Shown one piece after another: positions 1 to 12,876 of a stretch of DNA of 64,000 bases. Position 1 is the first letter of the stretch. Every line of letters begins with the position of its first letter. The notes beneath the pieces were generated by a model, which saw only the letters and a list, made by a program, of their open reading frames with translations, was not told where the DNA came from and ran no database searches. The translations under genes were made by a program, and so were the position numbers. The stretch comes from Squalus acanthias. Its lineage: Eukaryota. The stretch covers positions 78,246,001-78,310,000 of the forward strand of contig CM059432.1 of the NCBI GenBank assembly GCA_030390025.1, in the 5' to 3' direction.

Positions 1-590
1 TGCCCATCTCTCCCAAAACTCCTGTTTGAATCCCTCCAGTCCAATGTCCACCTATGTTGCAGCGCTAAGACTGTATTGGCCAAATTCACGAAATACATCC
101 TTTGTGACTGTGACCTTGGTGCATTATCATCCTTGACCTCTACACATGTTGATTGGGCTGTCCTCCACCACTGCCGGTTCTCTCCTCTATTATCCAGCTC
201 TAGGGAACTGCTCTTGCATGGTTCCACTCCTACTTATCCAAGACAGCCAGAGCATCACCTGCAATGGTTGTTCTTGCTTTCCGTGCACCATCACCTCCAG
301 AGACTCCCAAATATCTATCCTTGGCTCCCTTCATTTCTTCATCTACATGCTGCCCCTCTCGGACATTATCCACAAGCATGTGGTTAGCTTTCATATGTAT
401 GCTGACAATACTCAGCCTTACCTCTCCACTACTTCTTTCAACCCCATGACCACCTCACTACTGTTGGACTGCCTATCTGACATCAAGTCATGGATGAGTC
501 ATAACTTTCTTTGGCTGAACATTGGAAAGACTGAAGCCATCATTCTTCGTGTCCGCTACAAACTCTGCTCCTTTACCACAGACTGCAAGA
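1..590 (+). mobile_element. L2-clade LINE RT fragment (degenerate)
   Basis: Translation contains SFHMYADNTQPYLS and WMSHNFLWLNIGKTEAI, typical of L2 RT; homologous to 31135-31833. Confidence 0.8.
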
Positions 591-1296
591 TGGAAACCAG
601 TCTGAAGGATTTGAACAGTGAGTGGTTGTACAGCAGTTTTGTAACTTATAGAAAACTAAAGACCTGGGACTTGTATTTTGTAAACAATGAGCTTTGTGGC
701 TAAATTAGCATATCCTACATTTTTATGGGCCAATTATATGCAAATTCTGTGCACCTGCTGGAATACCAAACTTTTTGTTTGTTAAACCAGGTGAAGGGTT
801 ATTTAATTACTTGAGAAGTGGAAAAGGAGCATTATTACTGCTGTGTCATTGTCCAATCTTTTGTTCAAATGGATTACAAATTTGACCAAAATAAAATGCC
901 AACCATCCACCATTTGATTGCAAAACTATTGTCATCAACACTTTTTTGAGAAAAAGAGAGAAATGTATGCCCCTTAATGATTCTGATTCTGTTAGTATTA
1001 AAGTAACTTATCTTCATGCCACCTATGTGTGCAGTGAGGTGTAGTCCGGGGCAGACTGGCTCCCCTTTAAGGGAACAGGATACTTTGGGATTCTCACAGG
1101 AAAAGGGGAGCCCTATTTCCCATATGGTCAGTCCACCCTGGGTGTAGTGTAGCTACACACTTGAGCCTGGAAGACTAAGGTAAGACAAAGCCTATCTGAC
1201 GTGTTTTTTAAAAAGAGAACCCAATGCCTTGAATGACCAATGAAGCAGGAAACTGGAGGTTCGCACAGGAATGGCCATGCACAACACGGGCAATCA

Positions 1297-1525
1297 CAAG
1301 AACATAAGAAATAGGAGCAGGTGTAGGCCATACGGCCTCTCGAGCCTGCTCTGCCATTCAATAAGATCATGGCTGATCTTCTACCTTAACTCCACTTTCC
1401 TGCCCTTTCCCCATATCCCTTGATTCCCATAGTGCCCAAAAATCTATCGATTTCAGTCTTGAATATACTTAACAACTGAGCATCCACAGCCCTCTGGGGC
1501 AGAGAATTCCAAAGATTCACAAAGC
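1297..1525 (-). mobile_element. CR1 LINE 3' fragment
   Basis: [12 protein letters not shown]...[10 protein letters not shown]...GIKGYG C-terminus plus the 3'UTR shared with other CR1 copies in the window. Confidence 0.85.
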
Positions 1526-1675
1526 CCGTTGTGCACCCTTCCAACCACCAGAGCGCGGCCAGTGGAAAATCCAGCCCATAACTCTCAGTCCGAGAGCTCA
1601 ATAGCACAGCAGCCCCAACTAAATTATATATTCACTTCTGATTGCTTGCTTTTGTCTGATTTGCATTTTACCCAG

Positions 1676-1847
1676 GGCCTTTTTGTGTTCTGTGGGCTGA
1701 TCACTGGCTGTTACTTCTGTTGCTGCCTCTGCTGCTGCTGTAACTGTTGCTTTGGTAAATGCAAACCCAAGTCCCCAGGAGAAGAATACGAATACTACGT
1801 CTCACCAGAGGACCTGGAAGAACAAATCCGCACGGACATGGAGAATG
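1676..1847 (+). CDS. DNAJC5B: Cysteine string protein (DNAJC5 family, DNAJC5B-like), penultimate coding exon with the cysteine string
   Basis: Polypyrimidine/cag acceptor ending 1675 and gtaagt donor at 1848; 172 nt encoding [69 protein letters not shown] resembles CSP-beta. The J-domain exons lie upstream of the window. Paralog assignment is inferred. Confidence 0.9.
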
Positions 1848-3490
1848 GTAAGTGCTAAAGGGAAGGTACCTGTTCTCCTTCAGCTTGAGCCTTACACGGA
1901 CAAGAAGCATCGGGTTAGTCCTGCGAGTGCTCAATTGACCAGAAAATTTGTAAAATTTTGGCCCTGATATTCTTCTTCCTAGAGCCTGGAGAATGTTCAG
2001 TTCCTCAGTGAAAAAGAGGCGAGACTCACGGCACCAGGTCTCCACCTTGTTGCCCTGAGATTTCAAGGGCATCCCCCGGGGGCACAGGCACAGGGTACCC
2101 TGCCTATGCCTACTACTGATGCAGGCATTCTAATAACATGGATATGAGGGGGAGGGGCCAAACCGCATCTCCCGTCACATTTTCCATTGGGAATGGATGG
2201 TGAGCACCCATTTTGAGGGGTGCCCAGAAAGCTAACCTAAGGGTCTGAGAGGAACATAGGAACAGGAGGAAGCCATTTAGCTCCTCAAGCCTGTTCTGCC
2301 ATTCAGTGAGATCATGGCTGATCTGCGACCTATATACCCATCTTTGCCCCATATCCCTTAATACCTTTGGTTAACAAAAATCTATCTATCAGATTTAAAA
2401 TTAACAATTGATCTAGCATCAATTGCCGTTTGTGAAAGAGAGTTCCAAACTTTTACCACCCTTTGTGTGTAGAAGTGTTTCCTAATTTCACTCCTGAAAG
2501 TTCTGGCTCTAATTTTTAGACTATGCCCCCTAGACTCACCAACCAACAGAAATAGTTTCTCTCTAGCTACCCTATCTGTTCCCTTTAATATCTTGAAAAC
2601 TTCAATCAAATCACCCCTTAACCTTCTAAATTCTAGAGAATACAACCCTCGTCTCTGTAATCTCTCCTCTTAATTTAACCCTTGGAGTCCAGGTATTATT
2701 CTGGTAAACCTACGCTGCACTCCCTCCAAGGCCAATATATCCTTCCTAAGGTGAGGTGTCCTGAACTGCTCACAGTACTCCAGGTGTGGTCTAACCAGGG
2801 CTTTATATAGCTGTAGCATGACTTCTCCCCCCTTGTATTCTTGTCCTCTAGATATAAAGGCCAGCATTCCATTAGCCTTTTTGATTATTTTCTGTCTGTT
2901 CATGACATTTTAATAATCTATGTACCTGGACCACCAAGTCTCTTTTACCTCCAATGTTTTAAGCTTTTCACCATTTAGAAAGTACCCTGTTCTATCTTTT
3001 TAGGTCCAAAGTGGATGACCTCACATTTGCCTACATTGAAATTCATTTGTCACAGTTTTGCCCATTGGCTTAATCTATCAATATCTCTTTGTAATTTTAT
3101 GCTTCTATCTACACTGCCTACAATGCCGTCTATCGTTGTGTCATCGGCAAATTTGGATATGTGGCTTTCTATCCCATTATCTAAATCGTTAATAAATACA
3201 GTGAATAGATGAGGCCTAAACACAGATCCTTGCAGGACACCACTAGTCACATCCTGCCAATTAGAGTACCTGCCCATTATCCCTACTCTCTGTCTCCTGC
3301 TGCTCAGTCAATTTTGTAACCAGGTCAATAATTTGCCCTCACTTCCATGGGCTTCAACTTTAGTTAACAGTCTCTTATGAGGGACTTTATCAAATGCCTT
3401 CTGGAAGTCTATATAAATAACATCCATAGACATTCCCCTGTCCAATACTTTAGTCACCTCTTCAAAAAATTCAATCAGGTTTGTCAGGCA

Positions 3491-3770
3491 TAGAAACATA
3501 GAAACATAGAATCTAGGAGCAGGAGTAGGCCATTCGGCCCGTCGAGCCTGCTCCGCCATTCAATACGATCATGGCTGATCATCCAAATCCAGTACCCTGT
3601 CCCTGCTTTAATCCCCACAGTACACATATCCCACCCTACCCCCGTAACCCCACGTATTTAATTCCCCCTAACATATCCCCTCCTATCCCCATAACCCCAC
3701 ATATTTAATCCCCCCTAACACTAAGGGTCAATTTATCATAGCCAAATCAACCTAACCCACACATTTTTGG
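3491..3770 (-). mobile_element. 5'-truncated V-SINE/HE1-like SINE with CR1-type tail, nested in CR1
   Basis: (catagaaa)n tail, CR1 3'UTR, then ctaagggtcaatttatcatagccaaatcaacctaaccc resembling the shark SINE body; GGCAT is repeated at both junctions. Confidence 0.55.
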
Positions 3771-6303
3771 CATGACCTACCCTTTACAAATCCATGCTGT
3801 CTTTCTCTGATCAACTGAAAATTTTCAAGGTCTTCAGTCGCCCTATCCTTAATTATAGACTCTAGTAATTTTCCGACAACAGATGTTAGGCTAACTGGTC
3901 TATAATTCCTTGATTTCGCCCTCTCACCATTCTTAAATAGCGGAGTGACATGCGCAATTTTCCAATCTGAAGGAACGGTTCCTGAATCGAGAGAACTTTG
4001 GAAGATTATAGTTCGGGCATCTGCAATCTTCTCACCTACTTCCTTTAAAACTCTGGGATGGAAACCATCTGGCCCTGGGGATTTGTCACTCTTTATTGCC
4101 ATTATTTTCTTCATTACTGTTATTTTGCTTCCGTTAATTTTGGTGAGTCCCTGTCCCTGATTAAGTATTAGTTTCTTTGGGATGTCCGGCATGCTGACCT
4201 CTACCTCTACTGTAAATAATAACGTAAAGTAATTATTCAACATGTCTGCCATTTCCTTATTATCATTGACAATATCACCATTATCAGTTTCAGGGGCCAA
4301 CATTGCTCCTGACCACCCTCTTTTTCCTAATATAGTTGTAAAAAATTTGTGTTCATTTTGATATCCCTTGCAGGTTTCTTTTCATACTCCCTTTTTGTAG
4401 CTCTTACTATCTGTTTTGTCACCCTTTGCTGTTCTTTGTATCTTTTCCATTTGCCAGGATCTGTGCTATTTTTTGCATTTTTATTTGCTTTTTCTTTTAG
4501 TTTTATGTTGTCTCTTACCTCTTGAGTCATCCATGGTGGTTTTTTTGGCAAGTAGAGCTCTTGCCCCTTAGGGGTATAAACTGGTTCTGTATCGCATTAA
4601 ATTATTTTTTGAGCACCTCCCACTGATCTTCTGTCGTTTTACCCATTAACAGATTTGCCCAGTTTACGGTGGACAGTCTCTGTCTCATCACATTGAAATC
4701 AGCCTTACCTAAATCTAGAATCTTAGAAGCTGTTTGGTGTTTCTCCCTTTCAAATGCTACGTTGAACTTGATCATATTATGATCGCTGTGAGATAAATGT
4801 TCACACACCGTTAGGGTGTTAACTAAATCTGGCTCATTACTCATTACTAAATCTAATATGGCATGCCCCCTTGTTGGTTCTAGGACATATTGTTGCAGAA
4901 AACTATCCTGGACACACTCAAGAAATTCACTACCTTTCTGACATGTGCTAGTCTGCTTATCCCAATCTATATGAAAGTTAAACCCACTCTGCCTTTGCTA
5001 TGTGCTTGTCTAATCTCTGCATTTATACAATCTAGCGCTTCACAGCTGCTACCAGGGGGCCTATACACAACTCCCACTACAGTCTTAAATCCTTTATCTT
5101 TTCTTAACTCTACCCATAAAGTCTCCACTGCCGACTTACCTCTCGTTATATCCTCTCATCGTTGAAGTGATTTCATCCTTAATCACTAAGGCTACTCCTC
5201 CCCCTCTACCATTTTCCCTATCTTTCCTGTAGACCTTATAACCTGGTATATTTAGGTCCCAGTCCTAACCATCTTGCAGCTATGTCTCAGTAATGGCTAC
5301 CATTGTCATCCATTCCAAGTTGAATTTGCGCCTGCAGTTCATTCACTTTGTTCCTCATACTCCGCGCGTTTGTATAAAGAACATTTATTTGGGCCACGCA
5401 CCCTAACCTGACCTTCAGCTCTAATGTTTTACTTACATATTTCTTATTTCTCTCTCCTGGTTTAATCACTTTACATCTTTTAGTTTTACCTGTAGTGCCT
5501 AAAGCACAATTTCTGACTGTTACTCTACTCTCTTCCCTTTCGTTTGTTTTTGAACTATTATTTATACTACATTTTCCACCTGAAGCCCTCCCCCCACCCC
5601 CATTTACTAGTTTAACGTCCTTGTGACCGCCCTATTTTACTTTCCGCTAGGACCCTGGTCCCAGCCCAGTTCAGGGGGAGCCTGTCCCAACATTACAGTT
5701 CCTTCCTGTCCCAATAGTGGTACTAGTGTCCCATGAAATGGTACGAAGGGTCAGGGTCGAATGGCCTACTCCTGCTCCTATTTTTCTATTTTCTATGTAT
5801 CCCTCCTTCCCACACCACTCCTTCAGCCACGTGTTCACCTCCTTAATTTGCTTATCCCTACGCCAATTTGCACGTGGCTCAGGTAATAATCCAGAGATTA
5901 TAACCCTTGAGGTCCTGTTTTTTAATTTAGCTCCTAGTTCCTGGTACTCTCCAAATAGGACCTCTTGCCTGCTCCTTCCTGTTGTTGGTCCCAATATGGA
6001 TCGCAACAACTGAATCCTCCCCCTCCCTCGCCCAATATCCTTTCAAGATGGTTCAAGATGTCCCTCACCCTGGCATCAGGTAGGCAACATACCATGTGGG
6101 ACTCTTGATCCTGTTTACAAAGGATACAATCTGTCCCCCATATTATTGAATCCCCTACAACTACCACATTACGCTTCCCCTCCTCCTCCTCCCCCCTTTG
6201 GACAGCCTCCTGCTGCAAGGTGCCATGGTCTGCACTCTGGCTGTGCTTCCGACAGTCTTTATCCTTATCCTCACAGGTAATAAGTACATTGTACCTGTTG
6301 AAT

Positions 6304-6783
6304 AGAATCATAGAAGATAGGAGCAGGAGTAGGCCATTCGGCCCCTCTAGCCTGCTCCGCCATTCAATGCGATCATGGCTGATCATCCAAATTCAGTACC
6401 CTGTCCCTGCTTTCTCCCCATATCCCTTGATCCCTTTAGCCTTGTGAAATATATCCAACTCCTTCTTGAATCTATTTAATGAATTGGCCTCTACTGCCTT
6501 CTGTGGTAGAGAATTCCACAGGTTCACCACTCTCTGGGTGAAGAAATTCCTCCTCATTTCTGTCCTAAATGGCTTACCCCTTATCCTTAGACTGTGACCC
6601 CTGGTTCTGGATTCCCTGACCATCGGGAACATCCTTCCTGCATCTAGTTTGTCCTGTCCAGTCAGAATTTTGTAAGTTTCAATGAGATCCCCTCTCATTC
6701 TTCTAAACTCCAGCGAGTATAAGCCCAATCGACCCAATCTCTCCTCATACGTCATTCCTGCCATCCCAGGTATCAGTCTGGTA
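6304..6783 (-). mobile_element. Younger CR1 3' fragment nested in ORF1 of the older CR1
   Basis: FTRLIPGM...GIKGYGEKAG C-terminus interrupts ORF1; aatagaatca/aataggatca at the flanks. Confidence 0.8.
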
Positions 6784-8439
6784 AATAGGATCAGTTTCTG
6801 TGGATCCTCGTTCTCGATCTCACCTGGGTTCCCCTTACTTTGCACAATATCGGTCACACCAACCCCGTTCTGAACCTGCACCTCTCTACGAGTTGTGACC
6901 GAGGTCTGGAGCAAACTGTCCAGATACTGCTCCCCCTCCCTTGTGTGTCGGAGTGTCTCCAACTCGCACTCCAGTTCAATGACTGAGCCGGAGAGGAGCA
7001 CGCAGTAAAGCCAAGGAGGCCTAAAAAGGTATGTGGCCTTTTCTTCCCACTGAGATTCATCAGATCCTTGGGGCTGGAGCCCTTCTGCCTGCCGTCAGAA
7101 GGCCGCTATGTATTTTCTATGTAAGCATTCACTATCCTTTGTATGTAAACCCTGTTCTGATGGTCATCAATAGTCCTTTTTACTGCTTCACCAGTAACAG
7201 GTCAGACCGTGTTACTGTTTAGAATACAGGCCTCATCTAATCTTATCTGAAATATCTAATCTTATCTGAAATATAATTGTGAAGTGTCCAATGGGAATGT
7301 GAAGCCGGCTGGGCTGTGGTGATCTAACCGTTGAATAGTCTGCTGAAACTCAAGGAACCCCAGATAGGCAAATAACTACGTCCCTGGGATTTTTGGTCAA
7401 CAGGCTGGGGCAAGGGTAGGGGTGGGTTCTGCTCCACTGCACTTACACCAGTGAAGTGGGCCCTCAGGAATGTGTTAGTTGGTGCAATGGTGAGCATGCT
7501 GGCCATGCATCTCTGGGACTGGTCTAGAATCCAATCCAAGACAGATGCAATGAAAGTCTCCTCTGTCTTTTGGCTTTACAGGCCCTTTGTGAAATTAGTT
7601 TGTGCACTTTCAGGCCAGCTCTCAGTTTTGTGCTTTGGGTCCACATCTACTAACACTAATTAGTACTAAAATTTGCAACCTTGCTCAAAAAAGCCACAAG
7701 ATAACTCGTGTGAGAAATGTTACACTGGTGCATTATGGTGTACTCTTCTGTAGTTGGGGCTAAATCATATTTTTGGACAGAGTAAAGGGTCATTTATTCT
7801 GCCTCTATCTTTACTATAGCTGATCTTGGAATGTTTGATGCTGACACTGTGGCCTACAAATTTGTCCGTGACCGAAAAGGTGACCGCAGGGAATGATCCT
7901 TGTGCCTGAATGGATAGGCCCGAGGCACACCTAATATTGGGCCTCGAGCCTCATCATCAATGAACCAATGAGCTGTGTGCCCCAGGCAGCTCGCCAGAGA
8001 AGAGGCCTTAAAAATCGGGCCACTGCAATGTTGGCAGCGACCTTCGGGTAAGTTCTTAAAGGGGGGGATTGGAAGAGGATGGCAACCGGGAGGGTGAGTA
8101 GTGGTGGCCAGGATAGGGAAGGGTGGGTAGCGGTGTTCGGGTTTGGGTGGCGACAGAAATTGGGGGGGTGGGGGGAATGGGCGCGAGGTCGCGATTGGAG
8201 TGGGGGGGGGGGGTGGGAGGCGATGGCTGGTAGCGGCCCGCTTTGGAGGACGGTGTAGTCGCAAAATCAAAGGCTTTACAGAGGCTGAGCAAGCTGCCCC
8301 CATATTGGTGTAGGCAAAAAAAGGCATCCAGGGTCCATGCCTGAAACAGGCCGTAGGCCCCTTATTTGAATATGCAAAGACCTAACTCCTTTCAGGCGTG
8401 GGCCCAGGATGCCTATTTTTTTGCCTACGCCAATATGGC

Positions 8440-9530
8440 AGGCAGCTTGCTCTACCTCTCTGCAGCCTTTGACATGGCGACTGCACCGTCCTCCAACGCT
8501 TCTGTTGTCGAGCTCCATGCTTACCTGTCCTATCTTAGCCAGAGCATCTCCAACAATGGCTTCTCTTCCCGCCCCTGCACTGTTGCCTCGAGTTCACCAA
8601 AGATCAATCTGCCTCCTCTTCCTCAGCTACCTGCTGCCCCTCAGCAACATTATCCAAAGACACACTGTCCGGTTCCACACGTATGCTGACGATACCCAGC
8701 TCTGCCTCTCCACGACCCCTCCACGACCTCTGTGTTGTCAGACTGCTTGTCCGACACGCAGGCTTGGATAAGCCGCAGTATCCTCCAGTTAAACATTAGG
8801 AAGACAAAAGGTGTTGTTTTCAGCCCTTACCACAAACTCCATACCCTAGCCACCAATTCCATCCCCCTCCCTTATCATTGTCTCAGGCTGAACCAGACTG
8901 TTCACAATCTCTGTGTCCTATTCGACTCTGAGCTCAGTTTCTGACCCCATATCCTCTCCATCACAAAGACCGGCTACCTTTACCTCCGTAACACTGCCCG
9001 TCTTCCTCAGCCCATCTGCTGCTAGAACCCTCATCCACGCCTTTGTCACCTTTAGACTAGACTCAACTATTCCAATGGTCTCCTGGTTGCTTCCCATCCT
9101 CCACCCTCTATAAACTGCAGTTCATCCAAAACTCTGCAGTCTGTATCCTATCCTGCACCAAGTCCCTCAAACCCATCACCTCTGTCCTTGCTAATCTACA
9201 TTGGCTCCAAAATTCTCAAAATTGAAATCATCATCCTCATATTTAAATCTCTTTAATGCCTTGCTCCTCCCTAACTCTGTAACCAGGCCTACACTCCCCT
9301 CCCCTTCCCCAAATGCTTCATTCCTCTTGTGCATCCACCCTCGTTTCACCCCGACATTGGTGGCCGCGTCCAGGTCCCACGCTCAGAAATTTCCTCCCTA
9401 AACCTCTCCACCTCCCTCTCTTCCTTTAAGACTGTCCTTAAAATCCACCTCTTTGACCGAGCTGCTCATCACCCCTCATAACTCCTTCTTTGGCTCGGTG
9501 TCAATTTCTGTCTGAATTTACCCTGTGTGT
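8440..9530 (+). mobile_element. L2 LINE 3' fragment
   Basis: LSAAFD, FHTYADDTQL, LNIRKT and LIHAFVTFRLD remnants. Confidence 0.8.
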
Positions 9531-10119
9531 CACCGTGCAGCACCTCGCTAGATCTGCATCAAGAAGTCTTCCTAAAATGAACAAAATACTTAGCGCTGCA
9601 TAATTTAAAATCTCTAAAGATTTTTAGAATCAAATGTATTGTAAACAGAATACACATTAAAGACTAATTTTAAATGAAACAAACAATGGCATTTCTGTTA
9701 CCAAATGCATCTGGTGGCCGTCCGCAGTTTATCTTGTGTTTTCTGTGAAGCACCTTGGGATGTTTTTCTATGTTAAAGGTGCTATACAAATGCAAGCTGT
9801 AACAGCAAGATAATGAAATACTGCAGTGAATGTGATATGTGGGAATTCAAAGCATTTAGAATCTCTTCACCAGTGGATGCCTCGTGATAAACCTGCTCTC
9901 CTGTTACTCATCGGTCACATCTTACTGTTGAATGGAAGACTGTCAGCTTATTTTTAGAAGTTAAGCTTTTATACTTTATTTAGCTTCAATTTACAACTGT
10001 TTCATGGAATTTACTCCTCAGTGCTTTCTGTTCTTCAAAAAACCTAACACTGCCAGGGCCAGAACTGTGATTGACAAGATCGAAGTATAAAAGACTGTTT
10101 GGATAATTATTTTTGAAAT

Positions 10120-12876
10120 TTGTTTATGGGATGTGGGCGTCGCTGGCAAGGCCAGCATTTATTGCCCATCCCTAATTGCCCTTGAGAAGGTGGTGGTGAG
10201 CCGCCTTCTTGAACTGCTGCAGTCCGTGTAGTGATGGTACTCCCACAGTGCTGTTAGGTAGAGAGTTCCAGGATTTTGACCCAGCGACGATGAAGGATCG
10301 ATGATATACTTCTAATTCAGGATGGTGTGTGACTTGGAGGTGGTGGTGTTCCCATGCGCCTGCTGCCCTTGTCCTTCGAGGTGGAAGAGGTCGCGAGTTT
10401 GGGAGGTGCTGCCGAGGAAGCCTTGGTGAGTTGCTGCAGTGCATCTTGTAGATGGTATACACTGCAGCCACGGTACGTCGGTGGTGGAGGGAGTGAATGT
10501 TTAAGGTGGTGGATGGGGTGCCAATCAAGTGGGCAACTTTGTCCTGGATGGTGTCGAGCTTCTTGAGTGTTGTTGGAGCTGCACTTATCCAGGCAAGTGG
10601 AGAGTATTTCATCACACTCCTTACTTGTGCCTTGTAGATGGTGGAAAGGCTTTGGGGAGTCAGGAGGTGAGACACTCGCCGCAGAATACCTAGCCTCTGA
10701 CCTGCTCTTGTTGCCACAGTAATTATGTGGCTGGTCCAGTTAAGTTTCTGGTCAATGGCGACCCCCAAAATGTTGATGGTGGGAGATTCGGCGATGGTAA
10801 TGCCGTTGAATGTCAAGGGGCGGTGGTTAGACTCTCGCTTGTTGGAAATAGTCATTGCCTGGCACTTTTGTGGCGCAAATGTTACCTGTCACTTATCAGC
10901 CCAAGCCTGAACGTCGTCCGGGTCTTGTTGCATGCGGGCATGGACTGCTTCATTATCTGAGGAGTTGTGGATGGCGCTGAACACTGTGCAGTCATCAGCG
11001 AACATCCCCATTTCTGACCTTATGCTGGAGGGAAGGTCATTGATGAAGATGGTTGGGCCTAGGACACTGCCCGAGGAACTCCTGCAGCTGAGATGATTGA
11101 CCTTCAACCACCTTCCTTTGTGCTAGGTATGACTCCAGCCAGTGGAGAGTTTTCCCCCCGATTCCCATTGACTTCAGTTTTACTAGGGCTCCTTGATGCC
11201 ACACTCGGTCAAATGCTGCCTTGATGTCAAGGGCAGTCACTCTCACCTCACCTCTGGAATTCAGCTCTTTTGTCCATGTTTGGACCAAGGCTGTAATGAG
11301 GTCGGGAGCCGAGTGGTCTTGGCGGAACCCAAACTGGGCATCAGTGAGCAGGTGCCGCTTGATAGCACTGTCGATGACACCTTCCATCACTTTGCTGATG
11401 ATTGAGAGTAGGCTGATGGGGCCGGATTGGATTTGTCCTGCTTTTTGTGGACAGGACATACCTGGGCAGTTTTCCACATTGTCGGATAGATGCAGTGTTG
11501 TAGCTGTACTGGAACACAAGTCTTCAGCACGATAGCCGGGATGTTGTCTGAGCCCATAACCTTTTCTGTATCCAGTGCGCTCAGCCGTTCCTTGATATCA
11601 CGTGGAGTGAATCGAATTGGCTGAAGACTGGCTTCTGTGATGATGGGGACCTCAGGAGTAGGGCGATATGGATCATCCACTCTGCACTTCTGGCTGCAAA
11701 CGCTTCAGCCTTGTCTTTTGCCCTCAGGTACTGGGCTCCACCATCTTTGAGGATGGGGATATTCATGGAGCCGCCTCCTCCTCCTCCCTTTAGTTGTTTA
11801 ATGGTTCACCACCATTCATGGCTGGATGTGGCAGGACTTTGATCTGATCCGTTGATTGTGGCATTGCTTAGCCCTGTCTATAGCATGCTGCTATCTGCTT
11901 TTTAGCATGCGTGTAGTCCTGTGTTGCAGCTTCCCCAGGTTGACACCTCATTTTTAGGTACACCTGGTGCTGCTCCTGGCTTGCTCTTCTGCACTCCTCA
12001 TTGAACCAGGGTTGGTCCCCTGGCTTGATGGTAATGGTAGAGTGAGGGATATGCCAGACCATGAGGTTACAGGTTGTGGTGGAGTACAATTTCTGCTGCT
12101 GCCCCACAGCACAGCGCCTCATGGATGCCCAGTTTTGAGCTGCTAGATCTGTTCTGAATCTATCCTATTTAGCACAGTTGTCGTGCCCCACAACACGATG
12201 GAGGGTGTCCTCAGTGTGAAGACAGGACTTCGTCTCCACAATGACTGTGCAGTGGTCACTGCTACCATGAACAGATGCATCTGCGACAGGTAGATTGGTG
12301 AGGACGAGATCAAGTAGGTTTTTCCCTCATGCTGGTTCTCTCACCACCTGTTGCAGGCCCAGACTGGTAGCTAGGTCCTTCAGGACTCTGCCAGCTCCGT
12401 GGGACAGACTGGTTTGGGACATTGGCTGAAAGGTATGATTCTAAGTATGACTAGTCTGTGGGACAGCTCTCCCAATTTTGGCACAGGTTCCCCAGATGTT
12501 GGTGAGGAGGACTTTGCAGGGTCGGCTGGGCTGGGTGTGCTGTTGCCGTGTCAGTCCACATTCTTATTATTGTGTTTCATAGCGATTTGTTATAACTGAG
12601 TGGCTTGCTAGGCCATTTCAGAGGGCAGTTAAGAATCAACCACATTGCTGTGGGGTCTGGAGTCACATATAGGCCAGACCAGGTAAGGACATTAGTAAAC
12701 TAGATGGGTTTTTATGACAATCCAATAGTTTCATGGTTACCATTACTGATACTAGCTTGTTATTCCATATTTATTTAATTAACTGAATTTAAATTCCCCA
12801 GCTGCCGTGGTGGGATTTGAACTCTCATCTATTGGATTATTAGCCCAGTGACATTACCACTAGGCTACTGTTCCCA
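10120..12876 (-). mobile_element. CR1/L2-group LINE (APE-RT remnants) with a tRNA-like 5' head
   Basis: RT ALDIKAAFDRVWH, GSVLGPT and MFADD; APE LDLVLTN...SDH near 12260-12320; C-terminus KKAAHHHLLKGN; A box TAGCCTAGTGG (12857-12867, minus) and B box GTTCAAATCC (12813-12822, minus). Confidence 0.8.

Larger units (their letters stand above)
2252..7001 (-). mobile_element. Near-full-length degenerate CR1 LINE (ORF1 SGNH esterase, ORF2 APE-RT) with nested insertions
   Basis: ORF1 remnants VVVVGDSII and VIISGLLPEPRA; APE LYTNARSMRNK and SDHNMI; RT YIDFQKAFDKVPH and KFADD; many stops and frameshifts. Confidence 0.9.

Noticed and set aside
1529..1858. 109-aa single-exon cysteine-rich protein
   Set aside because: Only 1676-1847 is a real exon; the rest is intronic read-through from a GTG start.
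6393..7001. Novel ORF1-ORF2 fusion protein (202 aa)
   Set aside because: This is a chance in-frame junction from a CR1 3' fragment nested in the ORF1 of an older CR1.
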